Assembly: GCA_900545615.1 (NCBI GenBank)
Contig: UQZM01000001.1
Coordinates: 40,150 to 104,149 of the forward strand
Origin: an uncultured Collinsella sp.
GTDB taxonomy: Bacteria; Actinomycetota; Coriobacteriia; Coriobacteriales; Coriobacteriaceae
Reading direction: 5' to 3'
Length of the DNA: 64,000 nt
The notes beneath the pieces were generated by a model that had not been told where the DNA came from, searched no databases, and worked only from the letters and a program-made list of their open reading frames with translations. Of this stretch, positions 9,904 through 19,901 are shown piece after piece. A program made the position numbers and the translations under genes. Position 1 is the stretch's first letter, and each line of letters opens with the position of its first letter.

Positions 9904-10073
9904 TCTCGATGACGGGGCTGCACAGTGGCTCCGTGCGAGGGAAGGGTTGCTACTGCGCGTTTGTGAGATGCCTTTCGGTGCCCTTTTCCGCACTGTTGAC
10001 GTATCTATGGTTATAAATTCGGGCAAATTGGTTTAAGAAGCCGATTTCGTCCAGGTCGATAGAGGGGAATTGC

Positions 10074-11291
10074 GTGGCTATCCACATCGTTGAGGAAGCA
10101 AATCGCTGTCTGGGCTGCAAAAAGGCGTTCTGTCAAATAAAGGGCTGTCCGGTGCAGACGCCCATTCCGCAGGTTATCGACCTCTTTAAGCAGCGCCGTC
10201 TGCAAGAGGCGGGCGAGCTGCTGTTCCAGAATAACCCGATGAGTGCGGTCTGCTCCATGGTGTGCAACCATTCGGGCCAGTGCGAGGGCGCGTGCATCCA
10301 GGGCCGAAAGGGCGCGCCCGTGCATTTTTCGAGCATCGAGAACTATATCTCTACGGCGTATTTGGACCGCAAAGAGTGGAAACCCGTGCCGTCGTGCGGC
10401 AAACAGGTCGCCGTGGTCGGCTCCGGCCCTGCCGGCATGACCGTGGCCATTAAGATGGCGCAGCTGGGTTGCGCCGTCACTGTTTTTGAGCAGCGGCCCG
10501 AGATCGGCGGCGTGCTGGAGTACGGTATCCCCGAGTTCCGTCTGCCGCGCTCGCTCGTGCAAAAGTACCGCCACGTGATGTGCTCGCTCGGCGTGCGCGT
10601 TCGCCCCTCGACCACCATCGGCGGTGCGCTCCACATCGACGACTTGCTGCGCGACGGCTACGATGCGGTCTTTGTTGGTACCGGCACCTGGCGAGCTCGA
10701 AAGCTGGGTATTCCCGGCGAGTCGCGCGGCAATGTGCTGTTTGGTATCGACTATCTGGTCGATCCCACGAGCGTGGCAATCGGGCAGAACGTGGCGGTTA
10801 TCGGCGCCGGCAATGTGGCCATGGATGTTGCCCGCACGGCCCTGCGCTCGGGTGCTCGCAAGGTTACCGTGTACGCCCGATCGCGCCATATCTCTGCCAT
10901 CGATGACGAGGTGGAGCTGACCGAGCTTGACGGTGCCGAGATTGTGTGCGGCAAGGCGATCTGCGCCATCGACGACAACGGTCCGGTGTTCGAGACGGCT
11001 ATCTTTGACGAGGACAACAACGTGGTGGGCTACGAGGAAGAACTCGATCACGTGTCCGCCGACACGGTTGTGATTGCGGCGTCTCAAGTGCCCAAGGACA
11101 AGCTCGTGCTTACAACGGGCGGTCTGGAGACCGACCATCGCGGCCTGCTTTCGGTCGACGAGTATGGCATGACTACCGTGCCTGGCGTCTTTGCCGCCGG
11201 CGACGTGGTCAACGGCCCGCTCACCGTGGTTCATGCCGTAGCTGGTGCCAAACTCGCCGTCGAAGGTATGATTGCCTACCTGGGCCTCTAA
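10074..11291 (+). CDS. GltD/PreT-like NAD(P)H-dependent FAD oxidoreductase (glutamate synthase small-subunit family) with N-terminal Fe-S cysteines
   Basis: GTG start with RBS agagggga. CLGCKKAFC...C Cys motifs and two GxGxxG dinucleotide folds (VVGSGPAG, VIGAGNVA). Confidence 0.7.
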   Translation: MAIHIVEEANRCLGCKKAFCQIKGCPVQTPIPQVIDLFKQRRLQEAGELLFQNNPMSAVCSMVCNHSGQCEGACIQGRKGAPVHFSSIENYISTAYLDRKEWKPVPSCGKQVAVVGSGPAGMTVAIKMAQLGCAVTVFEQRPEIGGVLEYGIPEFRLPRSLVQKYRHVMCSLGVRVRPSTTIGGALHIDDLLRDGYDAVFVGTGTWRARKLGIPGESRGNVLFGIDYLVDPTSVAIGQNVAVIGAGNVAMDVARTALRSGARKVTVYARSRHISAIDDEVELTELDGAEIVCGKAICAIDDNGPVFETAIFDEDNNVVGYEEELDHVSADTVVIAASQVPKDKLVLTTGGLETDHRGLLSVDEYGMTTVPGVFAAGDVVNGPLTVVHAVAGAKLAVEGMIAYLGL

Positions 11292-11380
11292 CTCCATCCC
11301 GCCCATCAGTTGCGGTGAAATACGGACTGTTTTGGCTGTCAAAGGCCTCATCTACTCCGTATTCCACCGCAACTTTTTAT
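11289..11380. repeat. Palindromic repeat element, AGTTGCGGTGAAATA family, long 90-bp form (copy a)
   Basis: About 92% identical to 19696-19790. Terminal inverted repeat AGTTGCGGTGAAATACGGA / TCCGTATTCCACCGCAACT followed by a T-run. Lies between convergent genes. Confidence 0.7.
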
Positions 11381-11388
11381 GGGGTGGG

Positions 11389-12093
11389 CTAGAGACGCTG
11401 CATGCGGTACCCGACACCCATGTGCGTCTGAATCATCTTGGGGTGAGAGGGGTCTGCCTCGATCTTCTTGCGCAGGGTGCGCATGAACACGCGCAGGCTC
11501 GCCAGATCGCTGTCCCAGCTCGTGCCCCATATCTCGCGGGTGATGAAGGTGTGGGTAAGCACCTTGTCGACGTTTTTCGCTAGAAGGACGAGCAATTTGT
11601 ACTCGGTTGGGGTGAGCGAGAGCTCGCGTCCGTCTTTCGTCGCGTATCCCGCGGCGTAGTCGATATGCAACGGACCGTTGTCGAACGTGCTCGCTTCTGT
11701 CGACTCGCTCGACGCCATCGAGGAGCGCCTCAAATTCGCACGTACGCGCGCGAGCAACTCATCCACAGAAAAGGGCTTGGTGAGGTAGTCGTCTGCCCCT
11801 GCGTCAAGTGCTGCAATCTTGTCGGAATCTTCGGTGCGCGCCGAAATGACGATAATGGGGACTGCCGACCAGCTTCGGATCTTCGTGATGACCTCGATAC
11901 CGTCAATGTCGGGAAGGCCGAGGTCGAGCATGATGAGGCTGGGGCCGTGCGACACCGCATCCATGATGGCGGCCTGGCCGTTGCAAACCTTGCTCACGAC
12001 ATAGCCGTGGAGGTCAAGCGCGGTCGAAACGAGGTTTTGAACGGTCGGGTCATCTTCGACCAGGAGGATGCGTGGCTTAGCGGCATTATTCAT
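11389..12093 (-). CDS. kdpE: KdpE, OmpR-family response regulator
   Basis: MNNAAKPRILLVEDD receiver plus winged-helix. Overlaps the kdpD stop by 8 nt. Confidence 0.85.
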   Translation of the reverse strand: MNNAAKPRILLVEDDPTVQNLVSTALDLHGYVVSKVCNGQAAIMDAVSHGPSLIMLDLGLPDIDGIEVITKIRSWSAVPIIVISARTEDSDKIAALDAGADDYLTKPFSVDELLARVRANLRRSSMASSESTEASTFDNGPLHIDYAAGYATKDGRELSLTPTEYKLLVLLAKNVDKVLTHTFITREIWGTSWDSDLASLRVFMRTLRKKIEADPSHPKMIQTHMGVGYRMQRL

Positions 12094-14821
12094 GAATCTC
12101 GATCTCCTCGGCGGGCAGGGTAAAACGGAAGACGGCCCCACGGGGGTGGTTGTCGCGAACTTCGATGACACCGCCATGCGCCTCCACGATGGAACGGCAG
12201 AGTGACAGCCCAAGGCCGATGCTTCGACGCGAATCCACGGGCCGCGTATTGCTTGAGGTGAAGAAGCGCTCAAAGATATGAGGCTTGTCGCAGTCTGCCA
12301 CACCCGGCCCATCGTCTGCGACGTCCACCACGACGAACGCACCCTCGCGACGTGCGCTGATGGTGACAGTCGAGTCCTCGGGCGTGTATTTGAAAGCGTT
12401 CATGATGAGATTCGTAAGCACCTGCATGATGAGATGGACGTCGATGCGTACCAGCAGGATGTCGTCAGTGTGGTCGATGGTGACGGTACGTCCATGCGAT
12501 GCTTGGGCGACATGGCTGAGGGCGGCCTCGATGACCTCGTCGATGAGCTCGGATGTTAAGTTGAGGCGAATGGTGCCGTCCTTGACGCGTGTGATGGCGA
12601 GGAGGTTCTCCACGGTATCGATAAGCCAGAGGGAGTCGTCGTAGATGGCATCGGCAAGATCGCAGCGTTGTTCGAGGCTGAGCTTCTCGTCACTCTTCCG
12701 AAGGATTGCCGCAGATCCGGATATAGCCGTGAGGGGTGTCCTCAAATCGTGGCCGATGGAGCGCAAAAGGTTGGCGCGCAGCTGCTCGTTTTTCGCCAAG
12801 ACCGCAGCCTCTTCGCGCTCTTGCGCCGCCCGATCGCTTTCGAGCGCCAAGGCGCATTCACCTACGATAGATAGGACGATCGAATGCTCGAAGGCTTCGA
12901 TCTCGCGCCCCTCCAGGGCGATACCGATGACACCGAATACCTTGTCGCCGGTGCGAACCGCGAGGTAGAGACAGCGCGCCTCAGGCAGGGTCCGCGTGCT
13001 TGCGCCCGCGCGCTTGTTGTTGGTGTAGGTCCAGGTTGCAACGGCGCGCTCGTAGTCGGTGAGCAGCGACGCGGATCGGTTTTCGGTGCCAGCGGACTCA
13101 TAGAGCGCCTTGCCGAGCGTGCCGTGTTCGGCGGGGTAGAAGACCACGTCGAGTTTTAGCAGTTTGACGAGTTGGTTCATGGCGACGCGGGCGCACTCCT
13201 CCGCGCTATGGGCTTGCTGCAAGAGCTGGTTCGTTTCGAGGAGTACGCGCGTTTTGAATGCGTTCTCGGCGGATGTACGGGCGTTGTCGGCGATGCGCGC
13301 AGTTAACTCGCCGGCGACCATAGCGGTAGCGAACATGATGCCGAACGTGACCAGATAGCTTCGGTCGTAGCTGGCGAGCGAAAACAGAGGTGTGACGAAG
13401 CAGAAGTTGTAAAGCACTACAGAGAGCACGCTCGATACGATCGTGCAGATACGCCCCGTCGTGGTGACGGCGGTCAGCAGGGCCGTGAGGATATAGAGGG
13501 ATATGATGCTGGAATCGGCAAATCCCAGATGGCGGAAAGCCGTGCCGATCGCCGTGGCGGCAAGAGAGAGGGCCAGCGTGCGAAGCACGTTTCGGCTGCT
13601 GGGCGGCTGCGGGGCGAGCGCATGGCGGCGTCCTTTGGGTCGGGAGGGCGGAGTCGACTGTTCTGGAATGATGTAAATGTCGAGGTTCGGGGCGAATGTT
13701 ATGAGCTGTTCTACGAGAGATTTGCGGCCGAAGAGGGCCTGACGGACGCTGCTGCGCTCACCCGTGCGCCCCATGACGATCTTCGAAATACCCGACAGGC
13801 GCGCGAACTCGGAAATCTGAAACGCGATGTCGTCGCCATAGACGGTTTCCATATGTGCTCCGAGCTGCTCGGCTAGGGCGATATTGGCTGCAAGCTTGGC
13901 GCGCTCATCATCGCTCATGGCTTGCGTGCGCGGGCTCTCTACGAACAGGGCGACGAGCTCGCTGCGAAACGCTTTCGCCATGCGTGCGGCGGCACGGACG
14001 ATGCGGGGATTGGTCGGCGCCGGGGAGACGCAGACTAAGATACGCTCCCTGGTGTAGTAGTCACGGTTTCCCAGCACGCGTGCGGCGTCTGTGAGGTGGC
14101 CGGTGCGATCGGCGCAGCGGCGCAGCGCGATTTCTCGGAGTGCGGTGAGGTTCTCGACGGTAAAAAAATGCTGTTGCGCTCGGTCGGCTTGTGCGGGACG
14201 GTAGACGAGGCCGGCGCGAAGGCGCTCAAGTAGGTCTTCGGGCTCTATGTCGACGAGCTCGACTTGGTCGGCATCATCGAAGATACGGTCGGGGATTCGT
14301 TCGCTCACGACAACGCCGGTGATGGATGCAACCATGTCGTTTAGGCTCTCGATATGCTGAACGTTCACGGTCGTATAGACGTCGATGCCCGCATGTAGAA
14401 GTTCCTCGACGTCTTGATAGCGTTTGTCGTGGCGAGACCCCGGCGCATTCGTATGGGCGAGCTCGTCGACAAGGATGAGCTGAGGGGCGCGTTCGATAGC
14501 CGCATCTAGATCGAACTCGCTGAGCGCAATGCCGTTGTGCTCGATGAGTTTACAGAGCACGTTCTCAAGCCCTTGTGCAAGATGGGCAGTTGCCGGACGT
14601 TCGTGCGGCTCGATGTATCCCGCGACGACGTCGACACCTCGCCGCTTGGCGGCGTGGGCGGCTTGAAGCATTGCATAGGTTTTGCCTGTGCCAGCAGCGT
14701 AGCCAAAGAAAATCTTGAGGTGTCCCCGGCTGGTTCGAGCGTCATCGGCGACCTCGTCTTTCTCAATTGCCTTGAGGATGAGGTCTGGATTGACGCGAGT
14801 GTCCGATGCGTCGCGCTGCAT
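12086..14821 (-). CDS. kdpD: KdpD sensor histidine kinase (KdpD N-domain, Usp, TM, HisKA, HATPase)
   Basis: FFGYAAGTGKTYAML KdpD N-terminal P-loop and a C-terminal HATPase. Start set at the Met aligning with KdpD N-termini; the track's upstream TTG extension is unlikely. Confidence 0.8.
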   Translation of the reverse strand: MQRDASDTRVNPDLILKAIEKDEVADDARTSRGHLKIFFGYAAGTGKTYAMLQAAHAAKRRGVDVVAGYIEPHERPATAHLAQGLENVLCKLIEHNGIALSEFDLDAAIERAPQLILVDELAHTNAPGSRHDKRYQDVEELLHAGIDVYTTVNVQHIESLNDMVASITGVVVSERIPDRIFDDADQVELVDIEPEDLLERLRAGLVYRPAQADRAQQHFFTVENLTALREIALRRCADRTGHLTDAARVLGNRDYYTRERILVCVSPAPTNPRIVRAAARMAKAFRSELVALFVESPRTQAMSDDERAKLAANIALAEQLGAHMETVYGDDIAFQISEFARLSGISKIVMGRTGERSSVRQALFGRKSLVEQLITFAPNLDIYIIPEQSTPPSRPKGRRHALAPQPPSSRNVLRTLALSLAATAIGTAFRHLGFADSSIISLYILTALLTAVTTTGRICTIVSSVLSVVLYNFCFVTPLFSLASYDRSYLVTFGIMFATAMVAGELTARIADNARTSAENAFKTRVLLETNQLLQQAHSAEECARVAMNQLVKLLKLDVVFYPAEHGTLGKALYESAGTENRSASLLTDYERAVATWTYTNNKRAGASTRTLPEARCLYLAVRTGDKVFGVIGIALEGREIEAFEHSIVLSIVGECALALESDRAAQEREEAAVLAKNEQLRANLLRSIGHDLRTPLTAISGSAAILRKSDEKLSLEQRCDLADAIYDDSLWLIDTVENLLAITRVKDGTIRLNLTSELIDEVIEAALSHVAQASHGRTVTIDHTDDILLVRIDVHLIMQVLTNLIMNAFKYTPEDSTVTISARREGAFVVVDVADDGPGVADCDKPHIFERFFTSSNTRPVDSRRSIGLGLSLCRSIVEAHGGVIEVRDNHPRGAVFRFTLPAEEIEIHE

Positions 14822-15065
14822 AGCGTAGCCTTTCTGAAGCGTTGTCCATGCGTGCATATGCGGCGAGGACGCCACTGTATGCTCGCGAGGTCGAGTATAG
14901 GCGCACTGCAGCCGCAATAGTGCTTTCTACCTGCATCTTTACGGCATCTTAAGGTCGTGAGCCCCAGCCCTCACGCCTCTTTAATCCCTAGAAGCGTTTA
15001 CTGTCCCCAGACGCTTGCGAGAGCAGGCGTCCGAGACATCGGGCCGCGCGTGAAAGGGGCGGTAA

Positions 15066-15152
15066 ATGAACATCCTCATTCCCATCATCGGAGTCGTCTG
15101 CATTGGACTCCTTATCTATTACATCTACATTCTGATGAGGAGTGATTCGTAA
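15066..15152 (+). CDS. kdpF: KdpF, small hydrophobic subunit of the Kdp ATPase (28 aa; absent from ORF track)
   Basis: ATG at 15066. Encodes MNILIPIIGVVCIGLLIYYIYILMRSDS. The stop lies 3 nt before the kdpA ATG. RBS gaaagggg. Confidence 0.65.
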   Translation: MNILIPIIGVVCIGLLIYYIYILMRSDS

Positions 15153-15155
15153 ACT

Positions 15156-16979
15156 ATGGACGCTGCGATTCAGTACATCGTGTACTTTGCCGTGCTCGTC
15201 GTCCTGGCCGTTCCGCTCGGTCGGTTCATGGCCCATATCATGGATGGTGAGCATACGTTCCTGTCGCCTGTGATTGCTCCTGTGGAGCGCGGCGTCTATC
15301 GTCTGCTTCGCATCGACGCGGCAGAGCAGATGGGGTGTAGGCGCTATCTGGCGAGCGTGCTGGTCTTTTCGGGGATCGGCCTCGTGGCTCTTGTGGCACT
15401 CCAGGCGCTTCAGTCCTTCTTGCCAGGCAATCCCCAGCACCTGCCGGGTGTGTCATTGGACCTGTCGTTCAACACGGCTGCTTCCTTCATAACCAACACC
15501 AACTGGCAATCCTATTCCGGTGAGACCACCCTGTCCTACCTTGTGCAGTTCATGGGCCTCACCGTGCAGAACTTCGTTTCCGCTGGCACCGGTATCGCGG
15601 TCATGTTCGCGCTGATCCGCGGCTTCCGTCAGGTCAAGGAGCAGGGTCTAGGTTCCTTCTGGGTCGACCTCACCCGCACCGTCCTGTATGTGCTCATCCC
15701 GCTGAACCTCGTGTTCGGCATCTGCCTGGCTGCCGGTGGCGTCATCTCCAACTTCCAGCCGGCTCAGAAGGCTGAGCTCGTAGAGCCCGTCGCTGTTCAG
15801 CCTAATGCAGACGGCGGCTGGAGCGTCATCGACGGCGCCCAGATCGAGGGCGACGCGGTCAAGGTCGACGGCAAGGTTGTCGAGGGCGCGCGCGTGGTCA
15901 CCGAGCAGTTCCTGCCCCAGGGTCCCGCGGCTCCCCAGGTCGCCATCAAGCAGTCCGGCACCAACGGAGGCGGCTTCTTCGGCGTGAACTCCGCCCATCC
16001 GTATGAGAACCCCAGTGCCTTCACCAACATCATCGAGATGACCAGCCTGCTGCTGATCCCGGCCGCCTGTTGCTTCACCTTCGGTATCGGCGTCAAGAAC
16101 ACCAAGCAGGGCAAGGCCATCTTTGCCGCCATGTTCATCCTGCTGGTGATCTTCACCGGCATCATCGCCGTCAACGAGCATGCGGGCACCCCGCAGCTGG
16201 CCGATGGCGGAGCGGTCAATATCGAGATGACCGACGGCCAGGCCGGCGGCAACATGGAGGGCAAGGAGAGCCGCTTTGGCATCGCCTCCTCTTCCACCTG
16301 GTCCGCTTTCACGACGGCTGCTTCCAACGGCTCGGTTAACTCCATGCACGACTCCTACACCCCGCTGGGCGGTTTTGTCCAGATGCTCCAGATTGCTCTG
16401 GGCGAGGTCGTCTTCGGCGGCGTGGGCTGCGGCCTGTACGGCATGATCGGCTTCGCCATCCTCACAGTGTTCATCGCCGGCCTCATGGTCGGACGCACGC
16501 CTGAGTTCCTGGGCAAGAAGATCGAGCCGGGCGAGATGCGCTGGGCGGTTGTCCTGTGCTTGGCAACTCCGTTTGCCATTCTGGTGTGCTCGGCCATCGC
16601 CTGCATGGTGCCCGGTCTTGCCGACCAGCTCAACAACGGTGGCGCGCACGGCTTCTCCGAGGTGCTGTATGCCTTCACCTCATGCGGCGGCAACAACGGC
16701 TCGGCGTTTGCAGGCATGAACTGCAACATTCCCTGGATCAACGTCATGCTCGGCCTCGAGACGCTGTTCGCCCGCTTCATGCCCATCATCGGTACGCTGG
16801 CTATCGCCGGCTCGCTGGCCAAGAAGGGTAAGGTCGCCGAGAGCGCCGGTACCCTGTCTACCACCAACGGCATGTTCGTATTCCTGCTCGTGTTCATCGT
16901 TCTGCTGATCGGTGCCCTGAGCTTCTTCCCGGCCCTGGCGCTTGGCCCCGTTGCCGAGTTCTTCCAGATGATTGCGTAA
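15156..16979 (+). CDS. kdpA: Potassium-transporting ATPase subunit A
   Basis: 607 aa, polytopic, with the KdpA N-terminus [11 protein letters not shown]. Confidence 0.9.
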   Translation: MDAAIQYIVYFAVLVVLAVPLGRFMAHIMDGEHTFLSPVIAPVERGVYRLLRIDAAEQMGCRRYLASVLVFSGIGLVALVALQALQSFLPGNPQHLPGVSLDLSFNTAASFITNTNWQSYSGETTLSYLVQFMGLTVQNFVSAGTGIAVMFALIRGFRQVKEQGLGSFWVDLTRTVLYVLIPLNLVFGICLAAGGVISNFQPAQKAELVEPVAVQPNADGGWSVIDGAQIEGDAVKVDGKVVEGARVVTEQFLPQGPAAPQVAIKQSGTNGGGFFGVNSAHPYENPSAFTNIIEMTSLLLIPAACCFTFGIGVKNTKQGKAIFAAMFILLVIFTGIIAVNEHAGTPQLADGGAVNIEMTDGQAGGNMEGKESRFGIASSSTWSAFTTAASNGSVNSMHDSYTPLGGFVQMLQIALGEVVFGGVGCGLYGMIGFAILTVFIAGLMVGRTPEFLGKKIEPGEMRWAVVLCLATPFAILVCSAIACMVPGLADQLNNGGAHGFSEVLYAFTSCGGNNGSAFAGMNCNIPWINVMLGLETLFARFMPIIGTLAIAGSLAKKGKVAESAGTLSTTNGMFVFLLVFIVLLIGALSFFPALALGPVAEFFQMIA

Positions 16980-16995
16980 AGGAGGGCGCAGATTT

Positions 16996-19050
16996 ATGAC
17001 TATGCAAAAAGACATGATGGGCCGCGCGGTCCGCGACTCGTTTGCCAAGCTGGATCCTCGCGTCCAGATTCAAAACCCGGTCATGTTCCTGGTGTGGCTT
17101 TCCGCCGTCATGACCTCCGTCCTGGCCGTCGCTTCCATTTTCGGTGTGCAGGACGCGGGTGTGCCCACCTACTATGTGGTCGCCATCGCGGTCATTCTGT
17201 GGCTCACCGACCTGTTCTCGAACTTCGCCGAGGCGCTTGCCGAGGGCCGCGGTAAGGCCCAGGCCGATTCCCTGCGTGCGGCCAAGAAGGATGTCGAGGC
17301 CCATCGCATCGAGTCCGTTGAGGACAAGGAGCACTTCACCGTCGTTCCCGGCACCGAGCTCACGCGCGGCGACCTGGTGATCGTACGCGCCGGCGAGCAG
17401 ATTCCCGGCGACGGCGACGTCATCGAGGGTGCTGCTTCCGTTGACGAGTCCGCCATCACCGGCGAGTCCGCCCCCGTAGTCCGCGAGGCCGGCGGCGACC
17501 GCTCTGCCGTTACCGGCGGTACCACGGTGCTGTCCGACTGGATCATCGTCAAGATTTCCAGTGAGCCCGGCCAGAGCTTCCTGGACAAGATGATCGCGAT
17601 GGTCGAGGGTGCCGCGCGCAAGAAGACCCCTAATGAGATCGCTCTGGAGATCTTCCTGGTGGCCCTCTCCATCGTCTTTATCCTGGTCACGCTGGCCCTG
17701 TATTGTTACTCCTGCTTCTCGGTCGGTCTTAACGACATGGTCAACCCCACGGCCGTGACCACGCTCGTGGCGCTGCTCGTGTGCCTGGCTCCCACTACCA
17801 TCGGCGCCCTTCTGTCCGCCATCGGCATCGCCGGCATGAGCCGTCTGAACGAGGCCAACGTGCTGGCCATGTCCGGCCGCGCCATCGAGGCCGCCGGCGA
17901 CGTCGACATCCTCATGCTCGACAAGACCGGCACCATCACCCTGGGTAACCGCCAAGCCGCCGAGTTCATCCCGGTCGACGGCATCGATCCCGCGGAGCTG
18001 GCCGATGCCGCCCAGCTTTCCTCGCTGGCCGACGAGACCCCCGAAGGCCGTTCCATCGTCGTGCTCGCCAAGGAGCAGTTCGGTCTGCGCGGCCGCACAC
18101 TCGAGGATAAGGGTATGGAGTTCATCCCCTTCACCGCGGCGACCCGCATGTCCGGTGTGAACTACGAGGGCAATGAGATCCGCAAGGGCGCTGCCGATTC
18201 CGTGCGCACCTATGTGGAGGCAGCCGGCGGCGTGTTCTCCCAGGAGTGCGACGAGGCCGTCGAGCGCATCGCCAAGGCCGGCGGCACCCCGCTGGTCGTG
18301 ACCAAGAACTGCCGCGTGCTGGGCGTTGTGTACCTCAAGGACATCATCAAGTCCGGCGTTAAGGAGAAGTTCGCCGACCTGCGCAAGATGGGCATCAAGA
18401 CCATCATGGTGACGGGCGACAACCCGCTCACCGCCGCGGCAATCGCCGCCGAGGCCGGCGTTGACGACTTCCTGGCCGAGGCCACCCCTGAAGGCAAGCT
18501 CGAGAAGATCCGCGAGTTCCAGCGTGAGGGGCACCTGGTCGCCATGACCGGCGACGGCACCAACGACGCGCCCGCTCTGGCCCAGGCCGACGTCGCCGTG
18601 GCCATGAACACGGGCACCCAGGCTGCCAAGGAGGCCGGCAACATGGTCGACCTCGACTCCAGCCCCACCAAGCTCATCGAGGTCGTGCGTATCGGCAAGC
18701 AGCTGCTCATGACCCGCGGTTCGCTCACGACCTTCTCGGTGGCCAACGACATGGCGAAGTACTTCGCTATCATCCCGGCCCTGTTCTCGCCGATCTACCC
18801 CGGGTTGGACGCCCTCAACATCCTCGGTCTGGCAAGCCCGCTGTCCGCGGTTCTTTCGGCCATCATCTATAACGCGCTCGTTATCGTCGCGCTGATCCCG
18901 GCCGCGCTGAAGGGCGTTAAGTACCGCGAGGTCCCGTCCGGACAGCTGCTGACCCACAACCTGCTCGTGTGGGGTCTGGGCGGCATCGTTGCCCCGTTCG
19001 TATTCATCAAGCTCATCGACATGCTGCTCGCGTTCTGCGGCATTATGTAA
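16996..19050 (+). CDS. kdpB: Potassium-transporting P-type ATPase subunit B
   Basis: DKTGTIT phosphorylation motif and TGDN/GDGTND motifs. RBS aaggaggg. Confidence 0.9.
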   Translation: MTMQKDMMGRAVRDSFAKLDPRVQIQNPVMFLVWLSAVMTSVLAVASIFGVQDAGVPTYYVVAIAVILWLTDLFSNFAEALAEGRGKAQADSLRAAKKDVEAHRIESVEDKEHFTVVPGTELTRGDLVIVRAGEQIPGDGDVIEGAASVDESAITGESAPVVREAGGDRSAVTGGTTVLSDWIIVKISSEPGQSFLDKMIAMVEGAARKKTPNEIALEIFLVALSIVFILVTLALYCYSCFSVGLNDMVNPTAVTTLVALLVCLAPTTIGALLSAIGIAGMSRLNEANVLAMSGRAIEAAGDVDILMLDKTGTITLGNRQAAEFIPVDGIDPAELADAAQLSSLADETPEGRSIVVLAKEQFGLRGRTLEDKGMEFIPFTAATRMSGVNYEGNEIRKGAADSVRTYVEAAGGVFSQECDEAVERIAKAGGTPLVVTKNCRVLGVVYLKDIIKSGVKEKFADLRKMGIKTIMVTGDNPLTAAAIAAEAGVDDFLAEATPEGKLEKIREFQREGHLVAMTGDGTNDAPALAQADVAVAMNTGTQAAKEAGNMVDLDSSPTKLIEVVRIGKQLLMTRGSLTTFSVANDMAKYFAIIPALFSPIYPGLDALNILGLASPLSAVLSAIIYNALVIVALIPAALKGVKYREVPSGQLLTHNLLVWGLGGIVAPFVFIKLIDMLLAFCGIM

Positions 19051-19062
19051 GTGGAGGTTTGT

Positions 19063-19653
19063 ATGTTCAAAGGTGTTGCATCGCGCGCACTGGGCGTGTT
19101 CGCGCTGTTTACCGTTGTCTGCGGCCTGGGCTATACGCTCGTCGTGACCGGCATCGCCCAGGTTGCGTTCCCGTATCAGGCGAACGGTTCGCTCATCAAG
19201 GTCGACGACAAGATTGTGGGCTCCGAGCTGATCGGCCAGAACTTCGAGGATGAGGACCACATGTGGGGCCGCATCCAGAACGTGACTATCGTCGAGGGGG
19301 AGGACGGCGGGCTCATGGCCTACGGCACCCCGTCCAATTTGTCCCCGGCGAGTGAGGAGTACCGGCAGCTTGTGGACGCGCGCGTCGAGAAGATTCGCGC
19401 CTTCAACCCCGATGCCGGCATGGATGCCGTGCCCGTCGACCTGGTGACGTGTTCCGGCTCAGGGCTCGACCCCGATATCTCTCCCGATGCCGCCGAGTAC
19501 CAGGTACCGCGCCTGGCGAAGGCCACGGGCAAGAGCGAAGGCGAGGTGCGCGAGATCATCGCCCAGTGCACCAAGGGCCGATTCCTGGGCGTGTTCGGCG
19601 AGCCCACGGTCAACGTGCTCAAGGTGAACCTTATGCTGGACGGCGCGCTGTAG
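19063..19653 (+). CDS. kdpC: Potassium-transporting ATPase subunit C
   Basis: About 197 aa, single N-terminal TM. RBS ggagg. Confidence 0.85.
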   Translation: MFKGVASRALGVFALFTVVCGLGYTLVVTGIAQVAFPYQANGSLIKVDDKIVGSELIGQNFEDEDHMWGRIQNVTIVEGEDGGLMAYGTPSNLSPASEEYRQLVDARVEKIRAFNPDAGMDAVPVDLVTCSGSGLDPDISPDAAEYQVPRLAKATGKSEGEVREIIAQCTKGRFLGVFGEPTVNVLKVNLMLDGAL

Positions 19654-19695
19654 GTGAGGGAGTGGCGGATGAGGGCATGACTGACTATCTGAGCC

Positions 19696-19790
19696 CTCAA
19701 TTCCACTCCGCCCATCAGTTGCGGTGGAATACGGACTGTTTTGCCTGTCAAAAGCCTCATCTACTCCGTATTCCACCGCAACTTTTTTGT
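19696..19790. repeat. Palindromic repeat element, AGTTGCGGTGGAATA family, long form (copy b)
   Basis: Near-identical to 11289-11380 in the same orientation. Together the two copies bracket the kdp locus. Confidence 0.7.
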
Positions 19791-19901
19791 GAGGGTCGGG
19801 ATTGAAGGTGGGGAGTGCGAGCGAGTGCGAATGCAGCGGATACTGATACGATAGGTACGTTAGCAACTGCCGCCGAGCGGCTCAAACGAAAGGAACCCTG
19901 T

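Noticed and set aside
12086-14917. Track start of kdpD at the TTG at 14917, giving 32 extra residues
   Set aside because: The extension, MRLQCAYTRPREHTVASSPHMHAWTTLQKGYA, has no KdpD counterpart. KdpD homology begins at the internal Met.
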